DNA of 64,000 bases. Source: Nitrospirota bacterium (GTDB lineage Bacteria; Nitrospirota; Thermodesulfovibrionia; Thermodesulfovibrionales; UBA9159). Position 1 is the first letter of the stretch, and each line of letters begins with the position of its first letter. Positions 51,065 through 62,226 of the stretch are shown here, in pieces. The stretch spans positions 256,001-320,000 of the forward strand of contig CAVOUE010000006.1 of assembly GCA_963699545.1 (NCBI GenBank). The letters run 5' to 3'. The notes under the pieces are model-generated. The model searched no databases, was not told the origin of the DNA, and worked only from the letters and a program-made list of their open reading frames with translations. Made by a program: the position numbers and the translations under genes.

Positions 51065-52406
51065 ATGATAGAACTGAATTTTTCGAACATGATGACAGAG
51101 GTTCTCGGAGAGAAGGGCATCTCCGAGAGACAGATCGAGGCCCTCAGGGAGAAGATCGAGAGGGCCCACCAGGAGATCGTGCAGAAGAAGTGGGCTGAGC
51201 TTGCTTTCATGGACCTCGTGTCCCAGGATACGGACGAGATCAGGAAAACCGCCGAATGGGTGGGAAAGAATGCAGAAGATTTTCTTATCTTCGGAATAGG
51301 CGGCTCGGCCCTCGGCCCCCGTTCCATCCTGGAGGCCCTCAGTCCTTTCCATAACCTCAAAAAAAGGCCGAGGGTGTTCATCTACGACAATGTGGATCCC
51401 GGCACTCTCAGCTCTATTCTCACCCTCGTAGACATGAAGAAGAGCATCGCAAATGTCATCACAAAATCGGGAAACACTGCGGAGAACCATGGCGTCGTTC
51501 ATGGTGATCTGGGATGAACTCTCAAAGGCAATCGGGAGCAACGCAGGGCAAAGAATCATCGCAACCACCGACCCCGAGAAAGGCAACCTCAGGACCATTG
51601 CGCGGGAGAGGGGCTTCAGAACCCTCCCCATTCCCCCGGGGGTTGTGGGAAGATATTCCGTCCTGAGTCCTGTGGGCCTTCTTCTTGCCGAGGTGATCGG
51701 AATTGAAGCAAAAGAGATGCTTCGCGGAGCTGCCGATATCACCGGCAAGTGCTCCGAAGCGGAAATATGGAAAAACCCGGCGTACCTTTTTGGGACACTC
51801 CTCTACCTCATGGACAAGGAAGAGAAAAGAAATATCAGCGTCATGATCCCCTACGCGGACGGTCTGAAATACCTTTCTGAATGGTTCAGCCAGTTATGGG
51901 CGGAGAGCCTCGGGAAGCTCGGCATGGGCATGACACCCTACCCCTCCCTCGGCACAGTGGACCAGCACTCCCAGCTCCAGCTCTGGATGGAAGGACCTGA
52001 AGACAAGGTCTTCATCTTCATGAGGGTCATGGATTACGGAAGAGACATCAGGATACCTGAAGTCTTTAAGGATATGGAGGGGATCGGTTATCTGGGAGGA
52101 CACCTCCTTTCGGGATTGATCAAGGCAGAGGAAGAGTCCACGGAGCTTGCCCTCACAAAGAACAAAAGACCGAACATGACCATTCACGTTCCTTCCGTCG
52201 ACGCATACCACATCGGCCAGCTCTTCCAGTTCTTCGAGATCGCAACGGCATTTACGGGATTTCTTTACGGAGTCAACCCCTTTAATCAGCCCGGCGTGGA
52301 AGAGGGCAAGAACTTCACCTACGGGATGATGGGGAAAAAGGGCTTTGACCAGAAACGGGAGGAAGTGGAGAAGGCACGGGAGAAGAAGATTTGCTACAGG
52401 CTCTAA
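51065..52406 (+). CDS. pgi: Glucose-6-phosphate isomerase (frameshift near 51487)
   Basis: GIGGSALG, TKSGNT; second frame GRYSV, QLWAESLGK, DQHSQLQ, FNQPGVEEGK. Confidence 0.93.
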
Positions 52407-52547
52407 AGAACGACCTTTATCCTCTGCGCCACTATGGGGAACAACCGGACAGGGACATCCATCATTCCTGACGACATCTTCATCAGAGGGCACAGGATCC
52501 CTTGGTTCCCTATTTACAAACCTACGTAATTGTGCTATTTTCTGCTT

Positions 52548-53198
52548 ATGGATACCGGCCTTATTGATAATCCTACACGAAGGAAAATACTCCTCGCTCT
52601 GAAGAAGAACGGCAGTATGTCCGTAGACGACCTCAGCGACACGGTTAAGATCACACCCATGGGGGTGAGACAGCACCTCCTCATCCTCGAAAGAAAGGGC
52701 GCTGTTGAATACATAACCAGAAAGCACGGCGTGGGACGGCCGTGCTTTCTTTACCGGCTGACGGAGACCGCCGACGACCTTTTTCCGAAGTCATATCAGA
52801 CCTTTGCCATGGACGTACTTACGGAACTCGAACGTCTCGACGGAAAGGGAAAGGTCGACGATATATTGAGAATGAGAAAAGAGAGGATCTCGGAGAAAAT
52901 GACACGATTGTTTTCGGGTAAGGAAACGCTTTCCGAACGACTTCACTCTCTGAGCGATCTGCTCGATCGGGACGGGTTTATAACTGAACTGGAAGAAGAT
53001 GACGCGAACTTCAAGCTCAAACAGTTCAATTGCCCCATCTCAAAGGTGGCTCTCCGCTTCCGGGAAGCATGCACGCACGACCTTCAGCTCTTCAGGGAGG
53101 TCATCGGAAAGGGTGTCTCAAGGGAACAGTGCCTCGCCGATGGTGATCAGGCGTGCGTCTACGTGATTCCCAAGTACGACCAGACCCCTATGAAGTAG
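52548..53198 (+). CDS. wHTH transcriptional regulator, SufR-like with C-terminal cysteines
   Basis: TRRKILLAL, MGVRQHLLILE, GVGRP..YRLT, NCPI, C-terminal CLADGDQAC. Confidence 0.8.
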   Translation: MDTGLIDNPTRRKILLALKKNGSMSVDDLSDTVKITPMGVRQHLLILERKGAVEYITRKHGVGRPCFLYRLTETADDLFPKSYQTFAMDVLTELERLDGKGKVDDILRMRKERISEKMTRLFSGKETLSERLHSLSDLLDRDGFITELEEDDANFKLKQFNCPISKVALRFREACTHDLQLFREVIGKGVSREQCLADGDQACVYVIPKYDQTPMK

Positions 53199-53204
53199 CT
53201 GTAT

Positions 53205-54134
53205 CTATTTCTTGGTATCAGGCGTTGAGGGTTGACCCGTTTTATTACCCTCGGCCTCAGGTTTCCCCTTTCCCTTGATTGAACCCCCTATGCCGGCGAT
53301 AGCCTCCTTGTTCTTCTCCACGCTATACGACTTCTTGAGGCCCTCCATATAGGAATCAAAGGCTTCCTTCTGTTTTTCGGCAGTCACCTTCTGCGTCAGC
53401 AGGTCCTTCACTTTGTCGAACTCCACGATCTTTCCCTCTTTTTTCCCGGTGACCTTGATGATGTGGTATCCGAACTGTGTCTTCACCGGACCGGCCACCT
53501 CACCTTCCTTGAGGCTGAAGGCAGCCCTGTCAAATTCGGGGACCATTTGACCTCTCGAAAAGTAACCGAGATCCCCCCCGTTCTGTGCCGAACCGGTATC
53601 TATGGACTTAGCCTTTGCGATCTTTGCAAAATCCGCGCCCTTCTTCACCTGGTCAAGGATCTTCTTTGCATCATCCTCCGACTTCACCAGGATATGGCTT
53701 GCCCTGACCTGGTTATTGGTGGTGAGGTCGCCCTTGTGTTTTTCATAGTAGTCCTTCACATCCTTGTCGTTCACTTTTGCCTTATCCTCGATCTCCTTTG
53801 CCAGGAGCAGGCCGATCAGGGTAAGTTTCTTAAAATCCTCAAGTTTCTTCTGATAGTCGGAATTGCCCTCAAGGCCCTTCTTCTTTGCCTCCTGATAGAG
53901 CATCTCCTTTTTTACCAGCTCATCCACAAACTTCTCTGCGCCCTCGGGTCCTTCGAACATCCTCTGTATCTGCTCAGGAAGCCCCTTCAGCTCCCTGTTC
54001 ACATCCTCCTGGGTAATGGTCACAGAACCGACCTTGGCGACGTATGCGGACGACTTCTGTTCTCCCTTTTTCCCGCATGAAAAAAGCAGGGCGAACATCA
54101 TCAGCATCGCCAGCAATGGTAATCTCTTCATCAT
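53205..54134 (-). CDS. PpiC/PrsA-like peptidyl-prolyl isomerase lipoprotein
   Basis: Lipobox LFSC; RASHILV, GGDLG, MVPEF, TQFGYHII. Confidence 0.9.
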   Translation of the reverse strand: MMKRLPLLAMLMMFALLFSCGKKGEQKSSAYVAKVGSVTITQEDVNRELKGLPEQIQRMFEGPEGAEKFVDELVKKEMLYQEAKKKGLEGNSDYQKKLEDFKKLTLIGLLLAKEIEDKAKVNDKDVKDYYEKHKGDLTTNNQVRASHILVKSEDDAKKILDQVKKGADFAKIAKAKSIDTGSAQNGGDLGYFSRGQMVPEFDRAAFSLKEGEVAGPVKTQFGYHIIKVTGKKEGKIVEFDKVKDLLTQKVTAEKQKEAFDSYMEGLKKSYSVEKNKEAIAGIGGSIKGKGKPEAEGNKTGQPSTPDTKK

Positions 54135-54357
54135 TTCCTCCCTGGTAGTTTTTTGATTTTTCTTTATACCATATTATGCGCGGTGATGTAAATGAAAATA
54201 CGAATCTTTGACATTTTTTCATCGTCTATGCTATTTTTATAAGTTACGTAAATGAGAGGTAATGAGGCTAAATCCCGGGAGTTGTTGGTCTGTTTCGGGT
54301 CAGTGTTGTCCTCATCGGTCATAGTCCCGTTGCCGGGGAACTGAACACTAGAGAGAT

Positions 54358-55641
54358 ATGAACTGGGGAAAATCGAGGAGACTTTATAACAGGGCGATGA
54401 AGGTAATCCCCGGGGGCGTCAACAGCCCTGTTCGCGCATTCAAGGCTGTGGGCGGCAACCCCCTCTTCATCACAGGGGCCAAAGGCCCGAAGATCTATGA
54501 CGCAGACGGAAACGTCTACATAGATTATGTGCTTTCCTGGGGTCCGATGATTCTGGGACATGCTCATCCGAGGGTCGTGAATGCACTCAAGGCCGCGGTA
54601 GAGAAGGGCACGAGCTATGGCGCACCCACCTCACTCGAAACAGAGCTGGCAGAACTCGTTATCAAGGTCTATCCTTCCATAGAGAAGGTCCGGATGGTAA
54701 ATTCCGGCACAGAGGCCACCATGAGCGCTATCAGAGTGGCGCGGGGATTCACGGGAAGGGACAGGATCATCAAATTCGAGGGGTGCTACCATGGACATGC
54801 CGATGGTCTTCTCGTAAAGGCGGGTTCAGGCGCCACTACCTTCGGTGTGCCCGACAGTCCCGGAGTCCCGAAGTCCTATGCAAAAAATACCATCACCCTC
54901 CCCTTTAACAATCTTAAGATCGTAAAGGAAGCAATCGAAAAAGAGTGGAAAAATATCGCCTGCGTTATCCTGGAGCCGGTAGTGGGCAATATCGGGTGTG
55001 TGCTTCCGGGTGCAGGCTTCCTCGAAGGCCTGCGAAGGCTCACAAAAAAATACGGGATCGTCCTCATCTTTGACGAGGTGATGACTGGTTTCAGGGTGTC
55101 GTATGGCGGCGCACAAGCATATTACGGCATCGAGCCTGACATGACCTGCCTCGGAAAAGTGATCGGCGGAGGCCTTCCAGTGGGAGCCTACGGCGGGAAA
55201 AAGGAGATCATGTCCATGGTTGCCCCCGAAGGTCCGGTATATCAGGCCGGAACGCTCTCGGGAAACCCCCTGGCGATGACAGCGGGGATAGAAACACTGA
55301 AGATACTTTCAATGAAAGGAAAATACGATGCGCTCCTGGAAAAGGCGGCCCTGCTTGAGGAAGGACTGAAGGACGCGGCAAGGAGAGCGGGTGCCGAGAC
55401 AAAGTTTTACCGTGCGGGGACCATGTTCTGCACCTACTTCACAGGGAAGGAAGTGGTTGATTACGAGTCTGCCAAGACCTCCGACACCATGAGTTTTTCA
55501 CGGTTCTTCAGAGGCATGCTCTCCAGGGGGATCAATCTCGCTCCTTCCCAGTTCGAGGCGGGATTCATCTCCCTTGCCCATACCGAACGTGATATCAAGA
55601 AGACCATAGACGCTGCATACGATGCATTTAAAGAATGCTGA
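54358..55641 (+). CDS. hemL: Glutamate-1-semialdehyde 2,1-aminomutase
   Basis: [38 protein letters not shown]. Confidence 0.96.
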   Translation: MNWGKSRRLYNRAMKVIPGGVNSPVRAFKAVGGNPLFITGAKGPKIYDADGNVYIDYVLSWGPMILGHAHPRVVNALKAAVEKGTSYGAPTSLETELAELVIKVYPSIEKVRMVNSGTEATMSAIRVARGFTGRDRIIKFEGCYHGHADGLLVKAGSGATTFGVPDSPGVPKSYAKNTITLPFNNLKIVKEAIEKEWKNIACVILEPVVGNIGCVLPGAGFLEGLRRLTKKYGIVLIFDEVMTGFRVSYGGAQAYYGIEPDMTCLGKVIGGGLPVGAYGGKKEIMSMVAPEGPVYQAGTLSGNPLAMTAGIETLKILSMKGKYDALLEKAALLEEGLKDAARRAGAETKFYRAGTMFCTYFTGKEVVDYESAKTSDTMSFSRFFRGMLSRGINLAPSQFEAGFISLAHTERDIKKTIDAAYDAFKEC

Positions 55642-55660
55642 ATTGCGAGGAGGATAGAGA

Positions 55661-56665
55661 ATGTTCCGGAGGATAAAGGAACTCATGCTTCGCCCTTTCA
55701 GGTGGCTGGAGACCGGTATGCCGCTGAAAGCCAAGATCATCATAGCGGTGCTCCTTCTCCTGATGCTGGTAGGCGCCGGTTACGGCTCCTTCAGGTTCTA
55801 TGACTTCACCCAGAACAACCCGAAATTCTGCGTAAGCTGCCATTTGATGAAGACGTCCTTCGAGGCGTGGGAAAAGAGCGAGCACAAGGCGATCAACTGC
55901 CATGAATGTCATCATCTCACGGTGCCGGAGATGAACAACCTGCTCATAAGCTTCGTATTGAAGCGTCCCACTGCGGTCCCTGACAGGCACGGCAAGATCA
56001 TCGTCCCCTGGAAGTTCTGTATACGATGCCACTGGGAGAAAGACGCAAGGTATCCGAATGCCCCTATGATAAACAAATCGAACCTCCATGCCAAACATGT
56101 ATTTATAGAGCAGACGGAATGTTCCAAGTGCCACGGTTATATTGTCCACAAATTCACTCCTGAAGAGAGGTTCTGCACGAAGTGTCATCAGGGCAAAGAA
56201 GTGCACGGCGAAGGAATGGAAGCACTTGCCTGCCTCAACTGCCATACCGACAGGACGAAGGATCTCAGACCCGGGAGAAAGAAATGCCTCTTCTGTCACG
56301 GCGGGGAAGAGATCAGAAAAGAGCTGATAGCCGATCGCTCCATGGACGTGATGCACTATCAGCCCTCCCAGGCCACTATCAAGAGAGCGATAAAGATCAA
56401 TGTGCCATCGGATGCCCCGATGCAGTTCCACTGCTACCAGTGCCACCAGCCCCACGCAAAAGGCAGACCTGACTGGGGTGACTGCCTTAACTGTCACAGG
56501 AACATCCCCGACACGGGCAAGCACACTCTTCACATAAAGGTTGTGGGCATGAAATGCAAGGAATGCCACAAGCCCCATGTATGGCGAGTGACTGCTGAGA
56601 ACGCGAAGAAGGACTGCATCAAGTGCCATGAGTACAGGGAACCGAAGAAATTCATCGGTTCCTGA
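55661..56665 (+). CDS. Membrane-anchored multiheme cytochrome c (11 CxxCH; NapC/NrfH-like N-terminus)
   Basis: N-terminal TM, FCVSCHLM, 11 CxxCH motifs counted. Confidence 0.9.
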   Translation: MFRRIKELMLRPFRWLETGMPLKAKIIIAVLLLLMLVGAGYGSFRFYDFTQNNPKFCVSCHLMKTSFEAWEKSEHKAINCHECHHLTVPEMNNLLISFVLKRPTAVPDRHGKIIVPWKFCIRCHWEKDARYPNAPMINKSNLHAKHVFIEQTECSKCHGYIVHKFTPEERFCTKCHQGKEVHGEGMEALACLNCHTDRTKDLRPGRKKCLFCHGGEEIRKELIADRSMDVMHYQPSQATIKRAIKINVPSDAPMQFHCYQCHQPHAKGRPDWGDCLNCHRNIPDTGKHTLHIKVVGMKCKECHKPHVWRVTAENAKKDCIKCHEYREPKKFIGS

Positions 56666-56702
56666 GAACAGACTCTAAGGGATCCGGGAGAAGCGGGGAG
56701 GC

Positions 56703-56732
56703 GCATTGGGGGAGCCGACGCTCCCCCAATGC
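56703..56732. terminator. Perfect 13-bp stem-loop after the 11-heme cytochrome
   Basis: GCATTGGGGGAGC-CGAC-GCTCCCCCAATGC; no U-tract. Confidence 0.5.
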
Positions 56733-56799
56733 CGGTTGTCCGGACCCGGATTATACTATACAATAACAATAACCTGGAGAAGAAGGGGAGGGAGAAGCG

Positions 56800-57276
56800 G
56801 TGAAGAGTCATGTGTGGCGACCACTTTTTGTGGTGGTAGGGATCGTTATCCTTATACTCATTGGGAGACAGTTCCTGGTGCCTAAGGACTTCGGCATACA
56901 CGAGCGCGGTTACATGTACGGCTTCCATAACAAGGGCAATGAGCAGTGGTGGAAGGAATTCAAGGTGAAATACAGGTTCGACAGCGAATACTGCAAGGGC
57001 TGCCACAGCGATAAATATGAGAGCATAATGAAGACGCCTCACGCCATTATTCAGTGTGAGAATTGTCATGGACCCGCGTTGGACCATCCCTCAGACCCCC
57101 CAAAGCTTGCAATCGACAAAAAGAGGGAGCAGTGCCTGCGGTGCCACTATCCTCTTGCCTATCCCTCGAGCGGGAGGGCGAACATCAGGGGAATAGATCC
57201 GGAAAAACATAATCCCGGCATCGAATGTTCCATGTGCCATAACCCGCACAGCCCCAAGATTGGAGGGATGATATGA
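56800..57276 (+). CDS. Tetraheme cytochrome c
   Basis: TM anchor; CKGCH, CENCH, CLRCH, CSMCH. Confidence 0.88.
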   Translation: MKSHVWRPLFVVVGIVILILIGRQFLVPKDFGIHERGYMYGFHNKGNEQWWKEFKVKYRFDSEYCKGCHSDKYESIMKTPHAIIQCENCHGPALDHPSDPPKLAIDKKREQCLRCHYPLAYPSSGRANIRGIDPEKHNPGIECSMCHNPHSPKIGGMI

Positions 57277-58069
57277 TGAACAGACGCGACTTTCTGAAAA
57301 ACGCGGTGACGGGGATTGCCGGGCTGGCATTACCCCTTGCCGCAGTCGAAATAGTCAGCCCGAGGAGTATCTTCGCGGCCAGGGGCGAAACCGGCAAGGA
57401 ATCCAAGGTGCGGTGGGCATTCCTGGTTGATACGTATAAATGTGTCGGGTGCGGGCTCTGCGTTAAGGCATGCAAAATGGAAAACGAGTATACCCGTATG
57501 AGGCCAACGTGACAAGAACGTGGGTAGAGCGTTACGTACTGACAAAGGATGGCAGAATATTTGCTGACACACCCAAAGGTGCACGGGATGGTTTTCTCAC
57601 CAGCAAGATCGACCTCGGCGAGGGAAGATTTCAGGACATAAAGAAGGAAGATATCGAAAAGGCCTTTTTTGTCCCGAAGCTCTGCAATCAGTGTGAAAAC
57701 CCTCCCTGTGTCCAGGTATGTCCCGTGGGTGCGACCTATCAGGCTGCGGACGGAGTGGTGCTTGTTGACCGGAAGTGGTGCATAGGCTGCGGATATTGCA
57801 TCATGGCCTGTCCCTACGGCGTGAGGTTTTTCCATCCGGTTTATAAGGTGGCCGAGAAATGCACGTTCTGCTACCACAGGATAACCAAGGGCATGAAGAC
57901 GGCCTGTGTGAGCGCATGCCCGTTCGGTGCAAGGCAGATTGGGAACATCAGAGACCCCAACGACCCGGTATCGCGAATCATACGAACCGAAAGGGTCAGC
58001 GTTCTGAAGGACGAATACGGAACCAGACCGCAGGTGTATTACCGGGGCATAAGCAGGGAGGTAATCTAA
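57273..58069 (+). CDS. Tat-exported 4Fe-4S protein (NrfC/DsrO-like), frameshift near 57490
   Basis: NRRDFLK Tat motif; CVGCGLCVKAC, CNQCENPPCVQVCP, CIGCGYCIMACP, CTFC..C..CP. Confidence 0.88.
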
Positions 58070-58071
58070 AT

Positions 58072-59326
58072 ATGGTACACGGAGAAATCTGGACGGTAAA
58101 AGAATTATTTGTAACCCCAAACGAGTATATCTACTGGAGCATACAGATCGTCATGTACCCTTTCATGACCGGGCTCGTTGCAGGGGCCTTTGTCCTTTCG
58201 TCCCTGTATCATGTCTTTGGGATAAAGGAGCTCAAGGAGATTGCCCGGTTCGCCCTGGTCTTCTCCCTGGCCCTCCTGCCGGTTGCCATGATGCCCCTCC
58301 AGCTGCACCTTCAGCAGCCCCGAGCGGGGAATCGAGGTTTTTCTGACGCCTCACTTCACCTCGGCCATCGCCGCCTTTGGTATTGTGTTCAGCACCTACG
58401 CCGCTATTGTCGCTTCCGAGATCTGGTTTGTCTATAGAAAATATATTGTCGATACCGCCCTTGCTTTGCGTAATAAGGCGGATAAGAACATGGGAGAAAA
58501 AATATATCATCTTATTTTCTCCATCCTGACCCTCGGCTCTTACGATTTAAGCGAGAGGGCCCTGCATCAGGACGAGAAGGCAGTGAAGATCCTTGCGGGG
58601 ATAGGTATCCCGATTGCCTGTTTCTTACATGGCTATGCGGGCTTCATCTTCGGCTCTGTCAAGGCAAATGCGTTATGGATGACACCCCTCATGCCGGTCA
58701 TCTTCATCATGTCTGCAGTGGTATCCGGTATCGCCCTCTGCATGTTCACCTATATCGTCGTTATGGAAATAAGGAGAATCCTCGCGGCGAGAAAGAAGAC
58801 CACCTATGGGATGTATCAGTCCATAGAAGAGATAAAGGGCATCGAGATAAGTGTGATCAAAATGACCGCAAAGTACCTCCTTTTCTTCCTCATCTTCGCC
58901 ATTAGCCTCGAGCTCCTGGACCTTATCTTCAGGGGATATACCGCGGTCAAGACCTGGGACATCCTGAGGAGCGTTATTTACGGCAAGGACTTCATGGACA
59001 TCTTTGTTTTCCAGTACGGCATCGGGAACCTCCTTCCCTTCATCCTCTTCCTGCTTCCCGGGTTGACTATACGGCGAACGGTGGTCGGCGTCCTCCTCGT
59101 GCTCTTCGGCGTGTTCATGATGCGGTGGAACGTCGTTATCGGCGGACAGTCCTTCTCCCTGACTTTTGCAGGATTCATGCATTACCACCTTCCGATCATT
59201 CCCCATGACATGGAAACCTTCAAGGAAGGACTCTTCGGCGCTCTCCTGGTTATCATAACCCCCTTTGTGCTGTTCTGGGGATTGAACAAGATCTTCCCGG
59301 TCTTCATCAAGGAATCGGCTGACTGA
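58072..59326 (+). CDS. NrfD/PsrC-family membrane subunit, frameshift near 58320
   Basis: WSIQIVMYPFMTGLVAG, multiple TM helices, MRWNVVIGGQ. Confidence 0.85.
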
Positions 59327-59399
59327 TCCTTGAAATGGCAAAAAGAAGAGAAAGTGTCTTATAATAGAAGAGTGTATAATGTTGCCCGGGTGAGAAGCG

Positions 59400-59915
59400 A
59401 TGAGCGATAAAAAGAGACACGTGCTGGTAATGTTTGGAGCGTTTTTCCTTCTGCCACTTTTCCTTTCCTTGGCCGAAGCCGCCGAGCAGGATATCCCGAA
59501 GAAGTTCTTCGTTCCCCCTCCCCCTTTCACGCCCGGCATATTTCCTTGTTCGCAGTGCCATCAGGGCATGCCGGTGAACAGGAAACCGAGGAAGCTTGAA
59601 ATGATGCACCAGGATATTATTTTGAAGCACATGCCGGACGGATGGTGCTTTGACTGTCATAACCCCGACAACAGAGACACCCTGAGACTCGCCAACGGCA
59701 AACTCGTGAAGTTCGAGGAATCATATAACCTCTGCGGTCAATGCCACGGCACCATCCTTCGCGAATGGAAAGCGGGACTCCATGGTAAAAGGACGGGGAT
59801 GTGGAATGGAGAAAAACAGTATCTTCTTTGCGTCCACTGCCACTGGCCCCATGAACCGGTTTTCAAACCTATAAAGCCTCTTCCTCCCCCGGTGAGGCCT
59901 TCGGATATTAAATAG
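59400..59915 (+). CDS. Tetraheme cytochrome c (periplasmic)
   Basis: Signal peptide; CSQCH, CFDCH, CGQCH, CVHCH. Confidence 0.88.
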   Translation: MSDKKRHVLVMFGAFFLLPLFLSLAEAAEQDIPKKFFVPPPPFTPGIFPCSQCHQGMPVNRKPRKLEMMHQDIILKHMPDGWCFDCHNPDNRDTLRLANGKLVKFEESYNLCGQCHGTILREWKAGLHGKRTGMWNGEKQYLLCVHCHWPHEPVFKPIKPLPPPVRPSDIK

Positions 59916-59925
59916 ATGTTTTGAG

Positions 59926-60858
59926 GTGCTTATGAAAAAGGAAAAGAACAATAGAAGGGAACTCTCCCTGGATCGCCGGACCTTTTTGAAGGGCGCTGCC
60001 ATCGGGCTCGCCGGAACTGCCCTTCCCCTTAATAAAGCTGATGCCTCGTTCTGGGAGGCCTTCTTTCAGAAACACTTCCACGAGATGGATGATGCGGAGA
60101 TAAAGAGGGTCATCCAGCGACTTGAAAAAGAGGCCGAGCAGAAATATAAGAAAGCCATCACGATAGGTAACGAGAAGGCGATGCCTGGGGTGCTCTTCGG
60201 TTACGGCCTCGACCTATCGCGGTGCATCGGCTGCAGAAGGTGCGTTTACGCCTGCGTGGACGAGAACAATCAGTCCAAAGATCCGCAGATACACTGGATA
60301 ACGGTTCTCCGCTTTAAAAAGGGTGAGAAATGGGTCGACCTTGAAGAATCCGAGAAATATTATAACCCTCCACAGGTCCCGGAAAAGGAGTACTTCTATA
60401 TGCCGGTACAGTGTCAACAGTGCGAGAATCCTCCGTGTGTCAGGGCATGTCCCACGCAGGCAACATGGAAGGACCCGGACGGCATTGTGGTAATAGACTA
60501 CAACTGGTGCATCGGGTGCAGGTACTGTATGGCCGCCTGTCCTTACGGCGCACGGCATTTCAACTGGAAGGAACCCGGAAGGAAAGCGGAAGAGATCAAT
60601 CCCAACACGCACTATCTCGGCAACCGGCCCCGCTACAGAGGAGTTGTGGAGAAGTGCACTTTTTGCATACAGAGGACACGGAATGGCAGGTACCCCGCAT
60701 GCGTTGAGGCGTGTCCCGTGGGTGCGCGCAAGTTCGGCGATCTCCTTGATCCCAACAGCGAGATGCGATACCTCATCGAGCACAAAAGGGTCTTCAGACT
60801 GAAAGAGCAGTTGAACACCAGTCCGAAGTTCTATTACTTCTTTGCATACGGGAGGTAG
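59926..60858 (+). CDS. Tat-exported 4Fe-4S protein (NrfC/DsrO-like)
   Basis: DRRTFLK; CIGCRRCVYAC, CQQCENPPCVRACP, CIGCRYCMAACP, CTFC. Confidence 0.9.
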   Translation: MLMKKEKNNRRELSLDRRTFLKGAAIGLAGTALPLNKADASFWEAFFQKHFHEMDDAEIKRVIQRLEKEAEQKYKKAITIGNEKAMPGVLFGYGLDLSRCIGCRRCVYACVDENNQSKDPQIHWITVLRFKKGEKWVDLEESEKYYNPPQVPEKEYFYMPVQCQQCENPPCVRACPTQATWKDPDGIVVIDYNWCIGCRYCMAACPYGARHFNWKEPGRKAEEINPNTHYLGNRPRYRGVVEKCTFCIQRTRNGRYPACVEACPVGARKFGDLLDPNSEMRYLIEHKRVFRLKEQLNTSPKFYYFFAYGR

Positions 60859-60867
60859 GGTGGATAC

Positions 60868-62082
60868 ATGTTCTATCTCATAAAGAATTTCTTCATAGCC
60901 CTTCGGCAGATATTCATAGGGAGTAAGAAATACTACCTCTGGGTCGGCTTCCTGTTGTTTCTTATCCTCCTGGGAGCCAGCGCCTATTTTGACCAGTTCA
61001 AGAGGGGACTGATTTTGACCGGCATGAGGGATCAGGTCTCATGGGGATTTTATATCTCGAATTTCACCTTCCTCGTGGGGGTTGCCGCAGCAGCAGTCCT
61101 TCTGGTTATCCCGGCATATATCTATAATTTCAAGCCCATCAAGGAAATCGTCCTCTTCGGGGAACTCCTTGCGATCACCGCGATTTCGATGTGCCTGCTT
61201 TTCGTGATGATCGACATGGGCCAGCCCCTGAGGGCCTGGCATATCCTGCCGATCGTCGGCGCCATGCATTTCCCGCAATCCCTTCTTGCATGGGACGTGG
61301 TGGTGCTGAATGGATATCTCGCCATAAATACCTTTATCTCTTTCTATGTCCTTTACCGTCTTTCCATAGGGAAGGAATATAAGATGTCGGTCATCGGCCC
61401 CCTTATCATCCTTTCAATACCCTGGGCGGTCAGCATCCATACAGTTACAGCATTCTTATATAACGGAATGTCGGCACGACCTTTCTGGAACGCCTCGATC
61501 CTTGCCCCAAGGTTCCTCGCTTCCGCGTTCTGCTCGGGGCCGGCCATCATGATCGTTCTTTTCCAGATAATCAGGAAGCAATCGGAAGTTGAAATCGAAG
61601 ACCGCGCCATCTTCAAGATCGCAGAACTGATAGCCTATGCGATGGGACTGAACCTGTTCCTCCTTGGAGCTGAGGTGTTCAAGGAGTTCTATTCGGGGAG
61701 CATCGACATGTATTCCATCGAGTACCTGTACTTCGGCCTCCACGGAAAGTCTGCGCTCGTCCCATGGATATGGACGGCAACCCTGTTGAACATCAGCGCA
61801 TTCTTTCTCTTCCTTCTGCCTAAGACCCGGGAGAATTATACAACGCTTAACATGGCGTGCATTTTCGTCATCACCGGGGTATATATCGAAAAAGGGTTGG
61901 GTCTCGTGATCCCTGGCTTTGTCCCCGATACTCTCGGAGAGATATACGAGTATACTCCTACCACTCCCGAACTGCTCATCACCATTGGTGTCTGGGCGAC
62001 AGGCGCGCTGATTTACACATTGCTGCTCAAGTTCGCTGTCCCGGTCTATACAGGCAAACTGAGATTCGAGACAAAGACGTAA
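60868..62082 (+). CDS. NrfD-family membrane subunit (DsrP-like)
   Basis: WGFYISNFTFLVGVAA, DMGQP, SIHTVTAFLY, APRFLASAF. Confidence 0.88.
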   Translation: MFYLIKNFFIALRQIFIGSKKYYLWVGFLLFLILLGASAYFDQFKRGLILTGMRDQVSWGFYISNFTFLVGVAAAAVLLVIPAYIYNFKPIKEIVLFGELLAITAISMCLLFVMIDMGQPLRAWHILPIVGAMHFPQSLLAWDVVVLNGYLAINTFISFYVLYRLSIGKEYKMSVIGPLIILSIPWAVSIHTVTAFLYNGMSARPFWNASILAPRFLASAFCSGPAIMIVLFQIIRKQSEVEIEDRAIFKIAELIAYAMGLNLFLLGAEVFKEFYSGSIDMYSIEYLYFGLHGKSALVPWIWTATLLNISAFFLFLLPKTRENYTTLNMACIFVITGVYIEKGLGLVIPGFVPDTLGEIYEYTPTTPELLITIGVWATGALIYTLLLKFAVPVYTGKLRFETKT

Positions 62083-62226
62083 ACCGTTTGGGAGAACGCC
62101 GCGCCCGCAAAGAGAACCTCCGACGCTTCTCATCCCATATCAAGGAGTAGCGCTCGCCATTTATGTTAATATATGTGTCCAGTGGCTCCATGGGGCAATA
62201 CTACTTTTTTGTTCGAGGTGAAGCGT

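Noticed and set aside
55628-56629. 333-aa minus-strand ORF with repeated VAV/MAV pattern
   Set aside because: Antisense reflection of the CxxCH codons of the multiheme cytochrome.
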